From the IMG/VR virus record IMGVR_UViG_3300021426_000003, positions 39,151 to 103,150 of that record: a stretch of 64,000 nt of DNA. One strand, written 5' to 3'. This document shows, piece by piece, positions 45,685-55,296 of this stretch; position 1 is the stretch's first letter, and each line of letters opens with the position of its first letter. The position numbers and the translations under genes were made by a program. The DNA comes from a virus. The notes beneath the pieces are model-generated. The model made no database searches. It saw only the letters and a program-made list of their open reading frames with translations, and had not been told where the DNA came from.

Positions 45685-48063
45685 ATGTTTAGAATTGGAG
45701 ATTTAGTGGTCGGAAACTTTGATAATGGTTATTTGTTTACAAATGAAAGATCAGTATCAGTTGTAATAGATATATACGATGAAGACCGTATGAGAATAGT
45801 CACGCTTGAAGGTAATAATCTTAACGGTAATTCAACAAGAGATATGAGAGTAGTAGAAAATATTGAAGAATATCTCTCACCTTCATCCACTCATTCAGAA
45901 GAACCAGACATTAATAGAGTATATATATTCTCTGTTGGGCAGGAAAGATTCCATTTAATAAATTCCCTTGAAGAGTGGGAAGAGATAAAAAGAGAAAGAA
46001 ATATTATAATACATTGTAATCCTTATTACAATGAGATTGTAAATTATTTTAATTTGAAAGGAGATATAACTATGAACACTACAACCACAACCGCAGCAAC
46101 AGAAATCGAAGCACCTTCTGCAATCGACCTGACAGGTAAATATAATATTACACCTGAACAGGAAGAGTATATTACTTCCAAAATGAAAGAACTTTATGAT
46201 GAATATGACCATATCAATACTGAGCAAGGAATTAAAACTCAGTGGGAAGAGTACAAGGAAAATAAATCTCCTGTTCTCGCATTCCTGTCCAATCATCCTA
46301 ACTTTGACCCTGAAGTTATGGGTATTGTTCTTGAAGGTTCTTATGAAAGGAAGAAAGATAGTAAGGCAATTGAAGCTTTTTGTAATTGGTGTAGAAATGC
46401 AATACGTGATTGGGGTCTGAAAAGACAGTATAGGTACTACTGCTGTACTGTTAACGAGCTTGATGATGCAAAAGACAGGTTAGCATCAATCTGTAACTAT
46501 GTCGAAGATATTATTTATTGTACAAAATCAGGTTATCTTAATACTGTTACTGTAAATGGTTTATCATATAAAGAATTAGAAAGAGAAAAGAAAAGGGTCT
46601 ATTATCTTTGGAGATATGCTAAAGATAATTCTATTTACAGTGATGGGATTTACTTTGATGCGAGTACCAATGATTATAATAAATATAATAATGCCTATAA
46701 ATTTATTAATTTACTTGAGGCATATGAAGGAAACATTGCCGATGAAGAATTTGCTGAAAAAGCAAATAAATTAGCATCACCGTTTAACTTTGAAAAGAAC
46801 GGTAAAACAATCGGTCTCGGAGCTGTCAAAGGGAAAAAGATTTCCCGTATTGTACAGGAATTCTTCAAGAATTATGGTTTGAATAAAATCATTGATAAAA
46901 GAACCGAGACGTTCCGTGATGATAATGGAAATCTCCACACAAGAACTAAAGATTATGGTTGGAATAGTCAGTATGGAAAATACGCAGATGCCGTTAATCC
47001 TCTCACAATTAAGAGATGGACAATTATTTCCGCAAACTTCCTTGACTATCTTACTATGAGCTTTGGTAATACATGGCAGTCTTGTCATACTATTGATAAG
47101 ACAAATAAAAGAGGAATTGATTCCGCTCATAATTACAGCGGCATGTACTGCTCTGGTACTTTGTCGTATGCACTTGATGGTAACTCTATCATCATGTATA
47201 CGGTAGATGAAAAGTACAAAGGGAAAGAATTCTGGAATCAGCCTAAGATTAACAGATGTATGTTCCACATCGGAGAAGATAAAATTGTTCAGGGCAGACT
47301 CTATCCCGATGGTCGTGACGGTGGAGATAACTCCCTTTCTGCACAATTCCGTAATATTGTACAGAAAGTAATTGCAGATTGTGCAAAGGAAGCAAATCTC
47401 TGGAAATTGGTAAAAGGATGTAATACGTGCTATGACGTAACAGAAACTTATGGCACACATTACAAAGATTATCTCCATTATGATGATTGTACAGTGTCTT
47501 ACCTCAAGAGAAACGGAATCAAGAAAAATACAAAAATGATTCCTATCGGTCATAATCCAATTTGTCCTTATTGTGGTGAAGAACACCATGGTGAAGAACA
47601 GCTTGTTTGTTCAGATTGCTTAGACAAAGCAACCTGTTATAGTTGTGGATGCGTAATAAGTGAAGAAGATAGAATTTATGATGAAGATTCAGAGCATTAC
47701 TTCTGTTGTGAATCGTGTGCCGCAGATTATGGTGTTCAGTATTGTGAAAATGTGGAAGCTTATCATTCTGAAGATATATATTATGATAATTATGCTGAAG
47801 AATGGTTTTATGATTACGATGAATATGACTGTGTCCACTTTACATATCGTGGAGAAGATTATCATTATCTCGATGAAGAAAATGCCGAATTTGATGGGTT
47901 TCATTGTGTGAACGGAGATTGGTATCACGAAGATGATGGTGAAATTGTCCAGTGTACTAATTGTGATGAATGGATTCATATTAATGATGCAATTGAAATT
48001 AATGGAGAATACTATTGTTCTGATTGTACTCCAGAAGAAGAAACAGAAGACGAAATCGCATAA
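45685..48063 (+). CDS. large hypothetical protein with C-terminal tandem Cys-rich (zinc-ribbon-like) repeats
   Basis: 792 aa; the C-terminal ~200 aa has repeated C-x2-C ... C-x2-C units embedded in D/E/Y-rich sequence (CPYCGEE..CSDC, CYSCGC..CCESC, CTNCDEW..CSDC). Confidence 0.55.
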   Translation: MFRIGDLVVGNFDNGYLFTNERSVSVVIDIYDEDRMRIVTLEGNNLNGNSTRDMRVVENIEEYLSPSSTHSEEPDINRVYIFSVGQERFHLINSLEEWEEIKRERNIIIHCNPYYNEIVNYFNLKGDITMNTTTTTAATEIEAPSAIDLTGKYNITPEQEEYITSKMKELYDEYDHINTEQGIKTQWEEYKENKSPVLAFLSNHPNFDPEVMGIVLEGSYERKKDSKAIEAFCNWCRNAIRDWGLKRQYRYYCCTVNELDDAKDRLASICNYVEDIIYCTKSGYLNTVTVNGLSYKELEREKKRVYYLWRYAKDNSIYSDGIYFDASTNDYNKYNNAYKFINLLEAYEGNIADEEFAEKANKLASPFNFEKNGKTIGLGAVKGKKISRIVQEFFKNYGLNKIIDKRTETFRDDNGNLHTRTKDYGWNSQYGKYADAVNPLTIKRWTIISANFLDYLTMSFGNTWQSCHTIDKTNKRGIDSAHNYSGMYCSGTLSYALDGNSIIMYTVDEKYKGKEFWNQPKINRCMFHIGEDKIVQGRLYPDGRDGGDNSLSAQFRNIVQKVIADCAKEANLWKLVKGCNTCYDVTETYGTHYKDYLHYDDCTVSYLKRNGIKKNTKMIPIGHNPICPYCGEEHHGEEQLVCSDCLDKATCYSCGCVISEEDRIYDEDSEHYFCCESCAADYGVQYCENVEAYHSEDIYYDNYAEEWFYDYDEYDCVHFTYRGEDYHYLDEENAEFDGFHCVNGDWYHEDDGEIVQCTNCDEWIHINDAIEINGEYYCSDCTPEEETEDEIA

Positions 48064-48099
48064 GGTAAATAAGTATATAAAATAAAAAGGAGATATAGT

Positions 48100-49188
48100 A
48101 TGAACACTGTTACAAATACAAATGCAGCTACAAATGATTTTTATTCTTTCTCAAAAGATTTTACAAAAAAAGTTGAAGAATTCCCTTACAAGGGAACTCT
48201 TAATAAAACAGCTTTTCCAGAATTTATCAAAATATGTAAACTGTCTGCTAAGTCATTGAAACAATATCTTAGTGGATTGATGAAAGAGATTTATCCCGAT
48301 AACACTTTTATTGGTGATGGATATATTTATTGCAGAGGAGAAATTCCTGTATTACTTACCGCTCATATGGATACAGTTCATAAGAAACTTGTAAAAGATT
48401 TTTATGAAGATGTCCAAGTCGGTATCAATGGAAATACAACCCATACAATCAGTTCTCCTCAAGGAATTGGCGGAGATGATAGGTGTGGTGTATATGGGAT
48501 TTTACAAATCCTTGAAGCAGGATATAGACCATACATTCTTTTTTGTGAAGAGGAAGAAATTGGTGGAGTTGGTTCTGATAAATTCTGTGCTACAAAATAC
48601 ATTGATGAATTGTCTAAATTAAAATTCTTAATTGAATTGGACAGAGCCAACGCAAATGATTTGGTATTTTATGAAAACGCAAATCAAGATTGGATTGAAT
48701 GGGTAGAAGATGAAACAAATTGGAAAATGGCTTGGGGAAGTTTTTCTGATATATCTAATTTGTCTCCAGCTTGTGGAATCTCTTCCGTAAATCTTAGTTG
48801 TGGATATTATAAAGCACATACAGTTTATGAATATGTAATTGTAGAAGAAATGCTTGAAATGATAGAAATGGTTAAACATCTTCTTGACGCTTCTGAAAAA
48901 GTAGAACAGTTTGAATATATAGAAGAAACATACTCTTGGAACAAAGATAGATATTATGGTTTAGGATATGGATATGATTATAACTATGGTACTTATGGTA
49001 CATATAGAAATTATGCTGGTGAAGATTATGATAGTTATATTTTAGAAGTGGAATTTATAAATCCACTTACTAATAATAACGAAATTGTTTCTGTTTCTGG
49101 TACAACAGAAGCAGAATGTTGGATGAAATTCTTTCAACAGAATTCAGATATTTGTTTTAATAATGTATTAGATTATGATTTAATATAA
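48100..49188 (+). CDS. M20/M28/M42-type zinc metallopeptidase-like protein
   Basis: LLTAHMDTVH, GGDDRCG, CEEEEIGG and a later YYKAHTV His follow the H-D ... D ... EE ... H metal-ligand order of these families. Confidence 0.5.
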   Translation: MNTVTNTNAATNDFYSFSKDFTKKVEEFPYKGTLNKTAFPEFIKICKLSAKSLKQYLSGLMKEIYPDNTFIGDGYIYCRGEIPVLLTAHMDTVHKKLVKDFYEDVQVGINGNTTHTISSPQGIGGDDRCGVYGILQILEAGYRPYILFCEEEEIGGVGSDKFCATKYIDELSKLKFLIELDRANANDLVFYENANQDWIEWVEDETNWKMAWGSFSDISNLSPACGISSVNLSCGYYKAHTVYEYVIVEEMLEMIEMVKHLLDASEKVEQFEYIEETYSWNKDRYYGLGYGYDYNYGTYGTYRNYAGEDYDSYILEVEFINPLTNNNEIVSVSGTTEAECWMKFFQQNSDICFNNVLDYDLI

Positions 49189-49202
49189 AGAAAGGAGATA
49201 TT

Positions 49203-49385
49203 ATGATTAAACTTCCCAGATTCGCATATGAATATGCGAATTATAAAAGAGCACAAATAAGAGAGATGGATTCTCGCAATGTGTATAGACCCATGTTTCT
49301 GATGGATATTGATAACATCGTCAAGAACATGGAAAGAGGTTTGATTACAATTAATGAGGGTATGGAAAGATTAGCTACTCTCTAA
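49203..49385 (+). CDS. hypothetical small protein
   Basis: AAAGGAG RBS; 60 aa. Confidence 0.4.
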   Translation: MIKLPRFAYEYANYKRAQIREMDSRNVYRPMFLMDIDNIVKNMERGLITINEGMERLATL

Positions 49386-49469
49386 ATTAAATATTGACAA
49401 TTGAATATGGAACATGTAAATAATATATATAACATTAAATAAATTAAATAAAAGAAAGGAATCAAAATC

Positions 49470-50528
49470 ATGGCAAACATCATTACTCTTAGCAACGTAA
49501 GCACTCCCGTTTTCAATCCTGCAACAGAAACAGTTATTGATGCTGATTTCAGACCTGTCAATCCTGTGATTTCTGAATCGATTGAACAGGTTAGTTCTTT
49601 GTTTCCGACTTCCAGTTGGAGCGCATGGAATGAAAGAACTCTTCCTTGGGAAGGTGTAGGAGTTGACCTGTCTCATACTCTGAACACAGATCAGGTTTGG
49701 GATTTGTCGGGTCTCAATTATGGATTTGAAGTAGTTGACTTGTTTGACCCTTACGGAAATAAAATTCCGCTGATTGGAGTTCTTAGAGATGACAATCATT
49801 ATTTCCTTGGAAGTGGAACAAAAAGATTTGTCCCCATCGGAAATGAGCGCACAAGGGAACTGTGTGATATTCTGTTTCAGATGGGATTCCAGTATGAAAA
49901 TGCTGGTTGCTTCGATGGTGGCAAGGTAACTTATGTTTCCATGAAGTGGAAGACAAATACTATTGCAGGAGAAAAGATGGACTACTATGTAGTAGTTATT
50001 AACTCTTTCGATGGAACAAAACCGTTTGGAGTATATCTTACTCCTGTTCGAATCTCCTGTAAGAACACTATGAACCTTGCTATTAAAAAGGCAGTTAGAT
50101 TTTGGAAACTTAGACACACTACAAACGCTCATATCCGTTTGGATGAAGTTAGAGAAGGTCTTAACCTTCTTGGGAATTACGTCGGAGCATTCGAAAAAGA
50201 AGTGGACAGAATGAAACTTCTGACTTGTGACAAGGATAAAGTTAGATCCTTTGTGGATATGCTCTTCCCCATCAGTGAAGATATGAAGCCCAGAGCAATT
50301 ACTTCAGCTGAAAACATGAGAAAAGAATTACTTTATAGATATGAATATGACCCTAGTCTTAATGGAATGGAAGATTGTTGGTATAGAGTAGTGTGTATGA
50401 CAACTGATTTCATTGACCATCATGACCCCCTTAGAAAGACCTCTACATGGAGAGAAAAGAGATTCGCTAATAACATTGGTGGAAATGACCTTCTCAACAA
50501 GACATATGATTTTATCAACTCCCTTTAA
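49470..50528 (+). CDS. hypothetical protein, possibly DUF932-like phage/plasmid protein
   Basis: 352 aa; INSFDGTKPFGVYLTPVRISCKNTM resembles, from memory, the NSHDGS / R-x-VC-x-N core of DUF932. Confidence 0.4.
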   Translation: MANIITLSNVSTPVFNPATETVIDADFRPVNPVISESIEQVSSLFPTSSWSAWNERTLPWEGVGVDLSHTLNTDQVWDLSGLNYGFEVVDLFDPYGNKIPLIGVLRDDNHYFLGSGTKRFVPIGNERTRELCDILFQMGFQYENAGCFDGGKVTYVSMKWKTNTIAGEKMDYYVVVINSFDGTKPFGVYLTPVRISCKNTMNLAIKKAVRFWKLRHTTNAHIRLDEVREGLNLLGNYVGAFEKEVDRMKLLTCDKDKVRSFVDMLFPISEDMKPRAITSAENMRKELLYRYEYDPSLNGMEDCWYRVVCMTTDFIDHHDPLRKTSTWREKRFANNIGGNDLLNKTYDFINSL

Positions 50529-50720
50529 AAGAAACAAAAAAACAAGCAAATAATATAATAGCTGACCTAACGGCTTGACGGGGAGAAAGGAACATATACT
50601 GATTGGGATAATATGAATCGTAATAAGGATGATGACGAACCAAATTGTATCAAGATTGTTCTTGGTAGACAAATTGGTACAATGCATGATGATTATTGAT
50701 AAGGAGGGAGATGAAGAGAA

Positions 50721-50912
50721 ATGACAGAAGAATATATTGACATTGAATGGGATAATGCTCAAAACGCTAATGAGAAAGAATGCGTTTATAAATGTCAAAT
50801 GTATAATGGTGGAACAATATATAAATTATATAAACCATCTGTTGCAAATTTAGTGAAGAAAAGAACTGGTTTAAAAATTGAAAAAATTGAAGAAAAAGGA
50901 GAAGAGAAATGA
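50721..50912 (+). CDS. hypothetical small protein
   Basis: AAGGAGGGAG RBS; 63 aa. Confidence 0.4.
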   Translation: MTEEYIDIEWDNAQNANEKECVYKCQMYNGGTIYKLYKPSVANLVKKRTGLKIEKIEEKGEEK

Positions 50913-51433
50913 CAACTAATATTAAAAGTGTAATCTGGTCTAACTATGACCTTCACCTTGAGGACTGGGAAGACTTCCTTAATGAAGTATATCCCGAAGT
51001 AACAGATGAATATGAAAAATATAATATAATAGCAGATGAAAATAACAGATATTTAAAAGACGAAATTGATAATCTTGATTACCCCTTGCCTACGGAAATC
51101 ATTATTATCGGCAATCTTAGCTTATGGAATGGAAGAGTCCCTTGTGCATACAAAGAAACTAAATGCAGAAATTTAAAAGATTGTCTTCGATTCGAAGATA
51201 GTTGTGATTATGCAGCTTGGTATATAGATGATAAGAATAATCTTCGTGGTAAACAATCTCATCATGACGGAACAAATTATTATCTGTATAGGATGTGGAA
51301 AGAAAATCTTTCTGATACACAGAAAGAAAACTTTCTCAATAAGATTTTTAATAAACAGGTAACAAGTAAAGACATTACAAGATACACAAAAAGTCTTGGC
51401 AAGATTGTTTGTGATATTTATGGAATTAAATAG
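50909..51433 (+). CDS. hypothetical protein
   Basis: ATGA-coupled; 174 aa. Confidence 0.5.
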   Translation: MTTNIKSVIWSNYDLHLEDWEDFLNEVYPEVTDEYEKYNIIADENNRYLKDEIDNLDYPLPTEIIIIGNLSLWNGRVPCAYKETKCRNLKDCLRFEDSCDYAAWYIDDKNNLRGKQSHHDGTNYYLYRMWKENLSDTQKENFLNKIFNKQVTSKDITRYTKSLGKIVCDIYGIK

Positions 51434-51448
51434 AAAGGAGTAAATAAT

Positions 51449-51751
51449 ATGCCGAGATTAACAAAGCATTCAATTACTCGTCTTGAGCAAAGATGTGGAG
51501 TAAGCAAAAAGAATGCCCCGACAGTAGCAAAACGAGCATTTAAAAGAGGAATCACCCATGCCGAAACACACGGCAATTTACATCGATTCCTTGATACGCT
51601 TTATCTCTCACAAAAGAAAGGAACGAACATGAGGATTTACGGTAATGCAGTATATGTCTTCAAAGAAGATGTTCTCATTACTGTAATCAATATCCCTAAA
51701 AACCTTATGGAAGATGTAAATAAAATTAAAGAAGAAAAGAATATCAAATAA
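51449..51751 (+). CDS. hypothetical protein (possible DUF4258/RelE-fold-like)
   Basis: N-terminal TKHSITRLEQRCGVS resembles the H-A-x-x-R-x-x-E-R-G-I/V-S start of DUF4258 proteins; weak. Confidence 0.4.
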   Translation: MPRLTKHSITRLEQRCGVSKKNAPTVAKRAFKRGITHAETHGNLHRFLDTLYLSQKKGTNMRIYGNAVYVFKEDVLITVINIPKNLMEDVNKIKEEKNIK

Positions 51752-51778
51752 CAATTAATAAACAGAAGGAGAAATAAA

Positions 51779-52015
51779 ATGAAATATCCAGTAATGGTAA
51801 CAGAAACGTTTAGTAAATATATTATTGTTGAAGCAGATAATGAAAAAGAAGCAATTGAAAAATGTTGGGATGAGTATTATGACAAAAGATTTTCAGGAGA
51901 AAAAAGCCCAGTATATTTTGAATATCTTGATAGAGGAGATACAGAATTTATTAATGTTTCAGAGAAAAAAAGAGAAGCAATTATGAAATATGAAAATAGT
52001 TATGAACATCTATAA
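51779..52015 (+). CDS. hypothetical small protein
   Basis: GAAGGAG RBS; 78 aa. Confidence 0.45.
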   Translation: MKYPVMVTETFSKYIIVEADNEKEAIEKCWDEYYDKRFSGEKSPVYFEYLDRGDTEFINVSEKKREAIMKYENSYEHL

Positions 52016-52041
52016 ATAAAAATATAAAAAGGAGATATCAA

Positions 52042-52248
52042 ATGAAGAAAGTAAGAACAGGCAGAACAGGAACGCAGACAATGAAAGAAAAAGAAATGGA
52101 ATTGAGGAAAGCAAAAAGGGATGCGATTAAAGCCGCTTTTGAACTTGGATATATGAGTATGTTCAAAGGAGTTGAGAAAGAAATCAATGAGGCTAAATCA
52201 ATTGCAGAAGTAACTAGAATTATGACCACTTGTAGGAGAGCGAGTTAA
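52042..52248 (+). CDS. hypothetical small basic protein
   Basis: AAAGGAG RBS; 68 aa. Confidence 0.4.
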   Translation: MKKVRTGRTGTQTMKEKEMELRKAKRDAIKAAFELGYMSMFKGVEKEINEAKSIAEVTRIMTTCRRAS

Positions 52249-52407
52249 ATGAAAATAGGAAATTCAATTTGTCCTTGTATTAAATGTGAAAGAAAAGGTT
52301 GTGGTTCATATCATGACCAGTGTATCAAATATAGAAAATACAAAGAAGAAAGAATTAAAATAAAAAACCAGCTAAGGAAAAAAAATATCTATACTATAAA
52401 TAAATGA
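52249..52407 (+). CDS. small zinc-ribbon protein (52 aa)
   Basis: CPCIKCERKGCGSYHDQC; the ATG abuts the upstream stop. Confidence 0.3.
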   Translation: MKIGNSICPCIKCERKGCGSYHDQCIKYRKYKEERIKIKNQLRKKNIYTINK

Positions 52408-52418
52408 AAGGAAAAACA

Positions 52419-52955
52419 ATGACAAAACTTGACGAACTCATGGAACTAAACAAATCTATTGATGTAATTATTAATTCTGCAATGGAAGAGAATAAAAAAA
52501 TTGAAGCTGAAATTGCAGCAACAAAAATTGAACTGTGGAATAGAATGTGGGGTGATATTGAAGCATGGTATAGGAAAGGATATATTGATGTTATTAAAGA
52601 TAATGGATTAATACTTGAAATTCCATACGGATACTATGATAGAACTATTTGGACTTACAATATTAAATTATATAAACATTTTTATAAAACACCTTGTGTA
52701 TATTTAGATATAAGTGGTGGACATACAGAAATAAAAAGATGTTATTCATCTATGATTAATGATACAAGTTGGAGTAAATATATTACTGCATTGCTTCTTA
52801 ATTGGGGAAAGACAAAAGATAAAATTGAACAGGAACTAACAGATTTAGTTGCAAAAAGTATCAAAGAAAAAACTAAAAAAACAGAAGATAAAATAAATTA
52901 TATTAATTCATTAGCCGAAGCATTAAAAAATATTTCAGAAGAAAAAGACAAATGA
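52419..52955 (+). CDS. hypothetical protein
   Basis: ATG at 52419 with an AAAGGAAAAACA RBS (the track start at 52404 lies inside the RBS). Confidence 0.5.
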   Translation: MTKLDELMELNKSIDVIINSAMEENKKIEAEIAATKIELWNRMWGDIEAWYRKGYIDVIKDNGLILEIPYGYYDRTIWTYNIKLYKHFYKTPCVYLDISGGHTEIKRCYSSMINDTSWSKYITALLLNWGKTKDKIEQELTDLVAKSIKEKTKKTEDKINYINSLAEALKNISEEKDK

Positions 52956-53533
52956 AAATAATAGAAACATGGAATTATGGTGATGCTGAAGAAGGTATTT
53001 ATTTTAAATTAAAATTAAAAGAAAATGAATATCTCGATGTTAAACGTTTTGAAGATGGATATGCTTATGTCTTATATGATGCAGTCTATAGAATAGATGA
53101 AAATAAAGAAGAAGATTTATTTAGAAATTGCACACAAGAAGAATATGACTTAGCACTTAAATTGGTTGATGAATATTATGATAATAATTTAAAAAGGAGA
53201 ACAAGGAAAATGAAAGTAAAAGAGCTTATTAAACAGCTTAAAGAATTCAATCCCGAAGCAAGAGTATTTGCCGATAGTTACGAAGGTAAAGGAGTTGATG
53301 AAATCCTTTGTTCATTCTCATTTGTAGATAACGGAGATGTAATTCTCGAACACGCTGACCAGTTTGATATGAAATGTGAAATTGGTCAGATGTTGGATGA
53401 TTATTTAGAAGAAGATGCTTATAGAGAAATGTGTGACAGAGGATATACACCTGATGTAGTAAGTAAATACTATGATGAATATACAGGTGAATGCATGAAG
53501 AAATACTGTGATGAACATGGTATTGAATATTAA
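52952..53533 (+). CDS. hypothetical acidic protein
   Basis: ATGA-coupled; 193 aa. Confidence 0.5.
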   Translation: MKIIETWNYGDAEEGIYFKLKLKENEYLDVKRFEDGYAYVLYDAVYRIDENKEEDLFRNCTQEEYDLALKLVDEYYDNNLKRRTRKMKVKELIKQLKEFNPEARVFADSYEGKGVDEILCSFSFVDNGDVILEHADQFDMKCEIGQMLDDYLEEDAYREMCDRGYTPDVVSKYYDEYTGECMKKYCDEHGIEY

Positions 53534-53548
53534 GAAAGGAGATTTATA

Positions 53549-53752
53549 ATGAACAAAACATATTATGTAACTATAAAAATTTCTGGAGAATACATTGCAG
53601 AAGTTAATGCCACATCTTTTGAAGAAGCAAAAGAAAAAGCGATTAATGCTTATTATGATGCTGACTTTGGTAGTTTAACAGATATCAATGCAGATGAAGT
53701 ATATTCTGCATATACAGAAGATGAAGATATGTTTGAAGAACATTATTATTAA
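53549..53752 (+). CDS. hypothetical small acidic protein
   Basis: AAAGGAG RBS; 67 aa. Confidence 0.4.
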   Translation: MNKTYYVTIKISGEYIAEVNATSFEEAKEKAINAYYDADFGSLTDINADEVYSAYTEDEDMFEEHYY

Positions 53753-53888
53753 ACATAACATGTAAATAAAAAATCGAATAAAAATAAAAAGTTATTTTGA
53801 GGGCTGGATACTTCTTCCAGTCCTCTTTGTTATTAAAAAAAATAATGGAAAATCCATATAAATTTCACGAAAAAAAGGAGATAAAGCT

Positions 53889-54641
53889 ATGGCAATCATC
53901 AAAGATGTAAACGCAAACGCAGAGAACAAACTTCCCATGTACACTGGTTACCTTGATGAAAACACTCATATTCATATCATTGATGGCAACAGTGAAATGG
54001 GTAAGGGAATTTATCATTACTCAACACTGGCAGGAAGTACAGGTTTGGTCAAGAAAGATGGAACTGTAATCACTGATATTGAGGGAACATGTGGTCATCA
54101 TTGTGAAAAGTGTGAATCAATTTGTTATGCAAGAAATTACTCCAAGAGAAATCATAGAGGAGTTATGCCAGCTTATATTGACAATACACTTCTTCTTCGT
54201 GGTAACAGAGACCAGTTCTTCAGAGAATTGGAAGATTTCTTTCACTACAATATGGTCTCATGTTTTAGACCTCATGTAAGCGGAGAATTTATTGACTATG
54301 ACCACTTTAAAAGAATGTGTGAATTCTGTGCAAAGCATAAGGATACTAAGTTCTATTGTTACACGGAGGCAGAAGAATATCTTGACAGGGCAGAAGATGA
54401 AGGAATTGTTCCTGATAACTTTATCGTTTGGATTTCCTGCTGTGATAAGGTAAGAGAATCAAATCCTAGAAATCATAGGTTGGCATACATAGAGGATGGT
54501 AAAAATCCTAATCCCGATTTTAAAGATTATTTTCACTGTCCTAAAATTAATAAACAGGGAAATAAAACAGGAGTAACTTGTTCGATGTGTAAAGTCTGTC
54601 CTAATGGAAACAAGAAAGTTGTTGTTATGTATAAACACTAA
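53889..54641 (+). CDS. CX3CX2C-motif protein, possibly phage Gp37/Gp68 (DUF5131)-like
   Basis: GTCGHHCEKCESIC contains C-x3-C-x2-C; size about 250 aa and phage context fit the Gp37/Gp68 family as I recall it; further Cys pairs lie downstream. Confidence 0.45.
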   Translation: MAIIKDVNANAENKLPMYTGYLDENTHIHIIDGNSEMGKGIYHYSTLAGSTGLVKKDGTVITDIEGTCGHHCEKCESICYARNYSKRNHRGVMPAYIDNTLLLRGNRDQFFRELEDFFHYNMVSCFRPHVSGEFIDYDHFKRMCEFCAKHKDTKFYCYTEAEEYLDRAEDEGIVPDNFIVWISCCDKVRESNPRNHRLAYIEDGKNPNPDFKDYFHCPKINKQGNKTGVTCSMCKVCPNGNKKVVVMYKH

Positions 54642-54663
54642 AAAATAAAAGGAGTAAAAGCAA

Positions 54664-54999
54664 ATGATTTATAAATATGAATTTCAGTCAAATTTTAATG
54701 ATGAAATAATTAATGAGTACATGAATAAGGAAAATGTAGACGAATGGGGATGCGCATTAGTTACAATTAATGATAAATATGGAGCAGAATATAATCTGTG
54801 CATAGATGATAAAGATAACGAGTCGGCTATTTATTTCCAAGAGATTGATGAACTTGGTTTTTGGCAGACAGATTATAGTGGTTGTAAACATTATGAAATT
54901 GATTTCAACAATCCAAATTGGAAAGAAGATTTGGAAAAGGAAATGAAAAATTATTTATTGAAAGAATTAAAAGAAAATGAGGATATATATCCTTTATAA
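54664..54999 (+). CDS. hypothetical protein
   Basis: AAAAGGAG RBS; 111 aa. Confidence 0.45.
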   Translation: MIYKYEFQSNFNDEIINEYMNKENVDEWGCALVTINDKYGAEYNLCIDDKDNESAIYFQEIDELGFWQTDYSGCKHYEIDFNNPNWKEDLEKEMKNYLLKELKENEDIYPL

Positions 55000-55153
55000 A
55001 AGAGTACCTTAAATCTGCTATATATAAATAGATATAAATAATATATATAAATATATGTATATAATTAATAATAATATATAAGTATATATAATATATATTA
55101 TATATATCTATTCCCGCCCCACCACCCCTACATTATACACAAAAAAATAAAAT

Positions 55154-55235
55154 TTGTCAACCAATAAATATTCGCAAATATGATATTTGCGTATTTATTC
55201 ATAATAGATGGAATTAATTCCCAAGAATTAATTCC
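55154..55235. promoter_or_regulatory. regulatory region with TTGTCA and two different perfect palindromes (operator-like)
   Basis: CGCAAATAT-G-ATATTTGCG (55173-55191) and GGAATTAATTCC (55210-55221) repeated as GAATTAATTCC (55225-55235); lies upstream of the 55297 gene after a ~100 bp ATATATA-type repeat tract. Confidence 0.45.
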
Positions 55236-55296
55236 ATTATAAACCAGTAATTTAAATATGTAAATAATATAGACAAATAAAAAGGAGGAATCTATA

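Noticed and set aside
46777-47589. 270-aa minus-strand ORF inside the 792-aa early gene
   Set aside because: It is antisense to a gene with a strong RBS in a uniformly plus-strand block. It is Cys/Ile/Phe-rich junk typical of AT-rich antisense frames. The same applies to 49371-50132, 50328-50798, 56707-57444 and 60264-60734.
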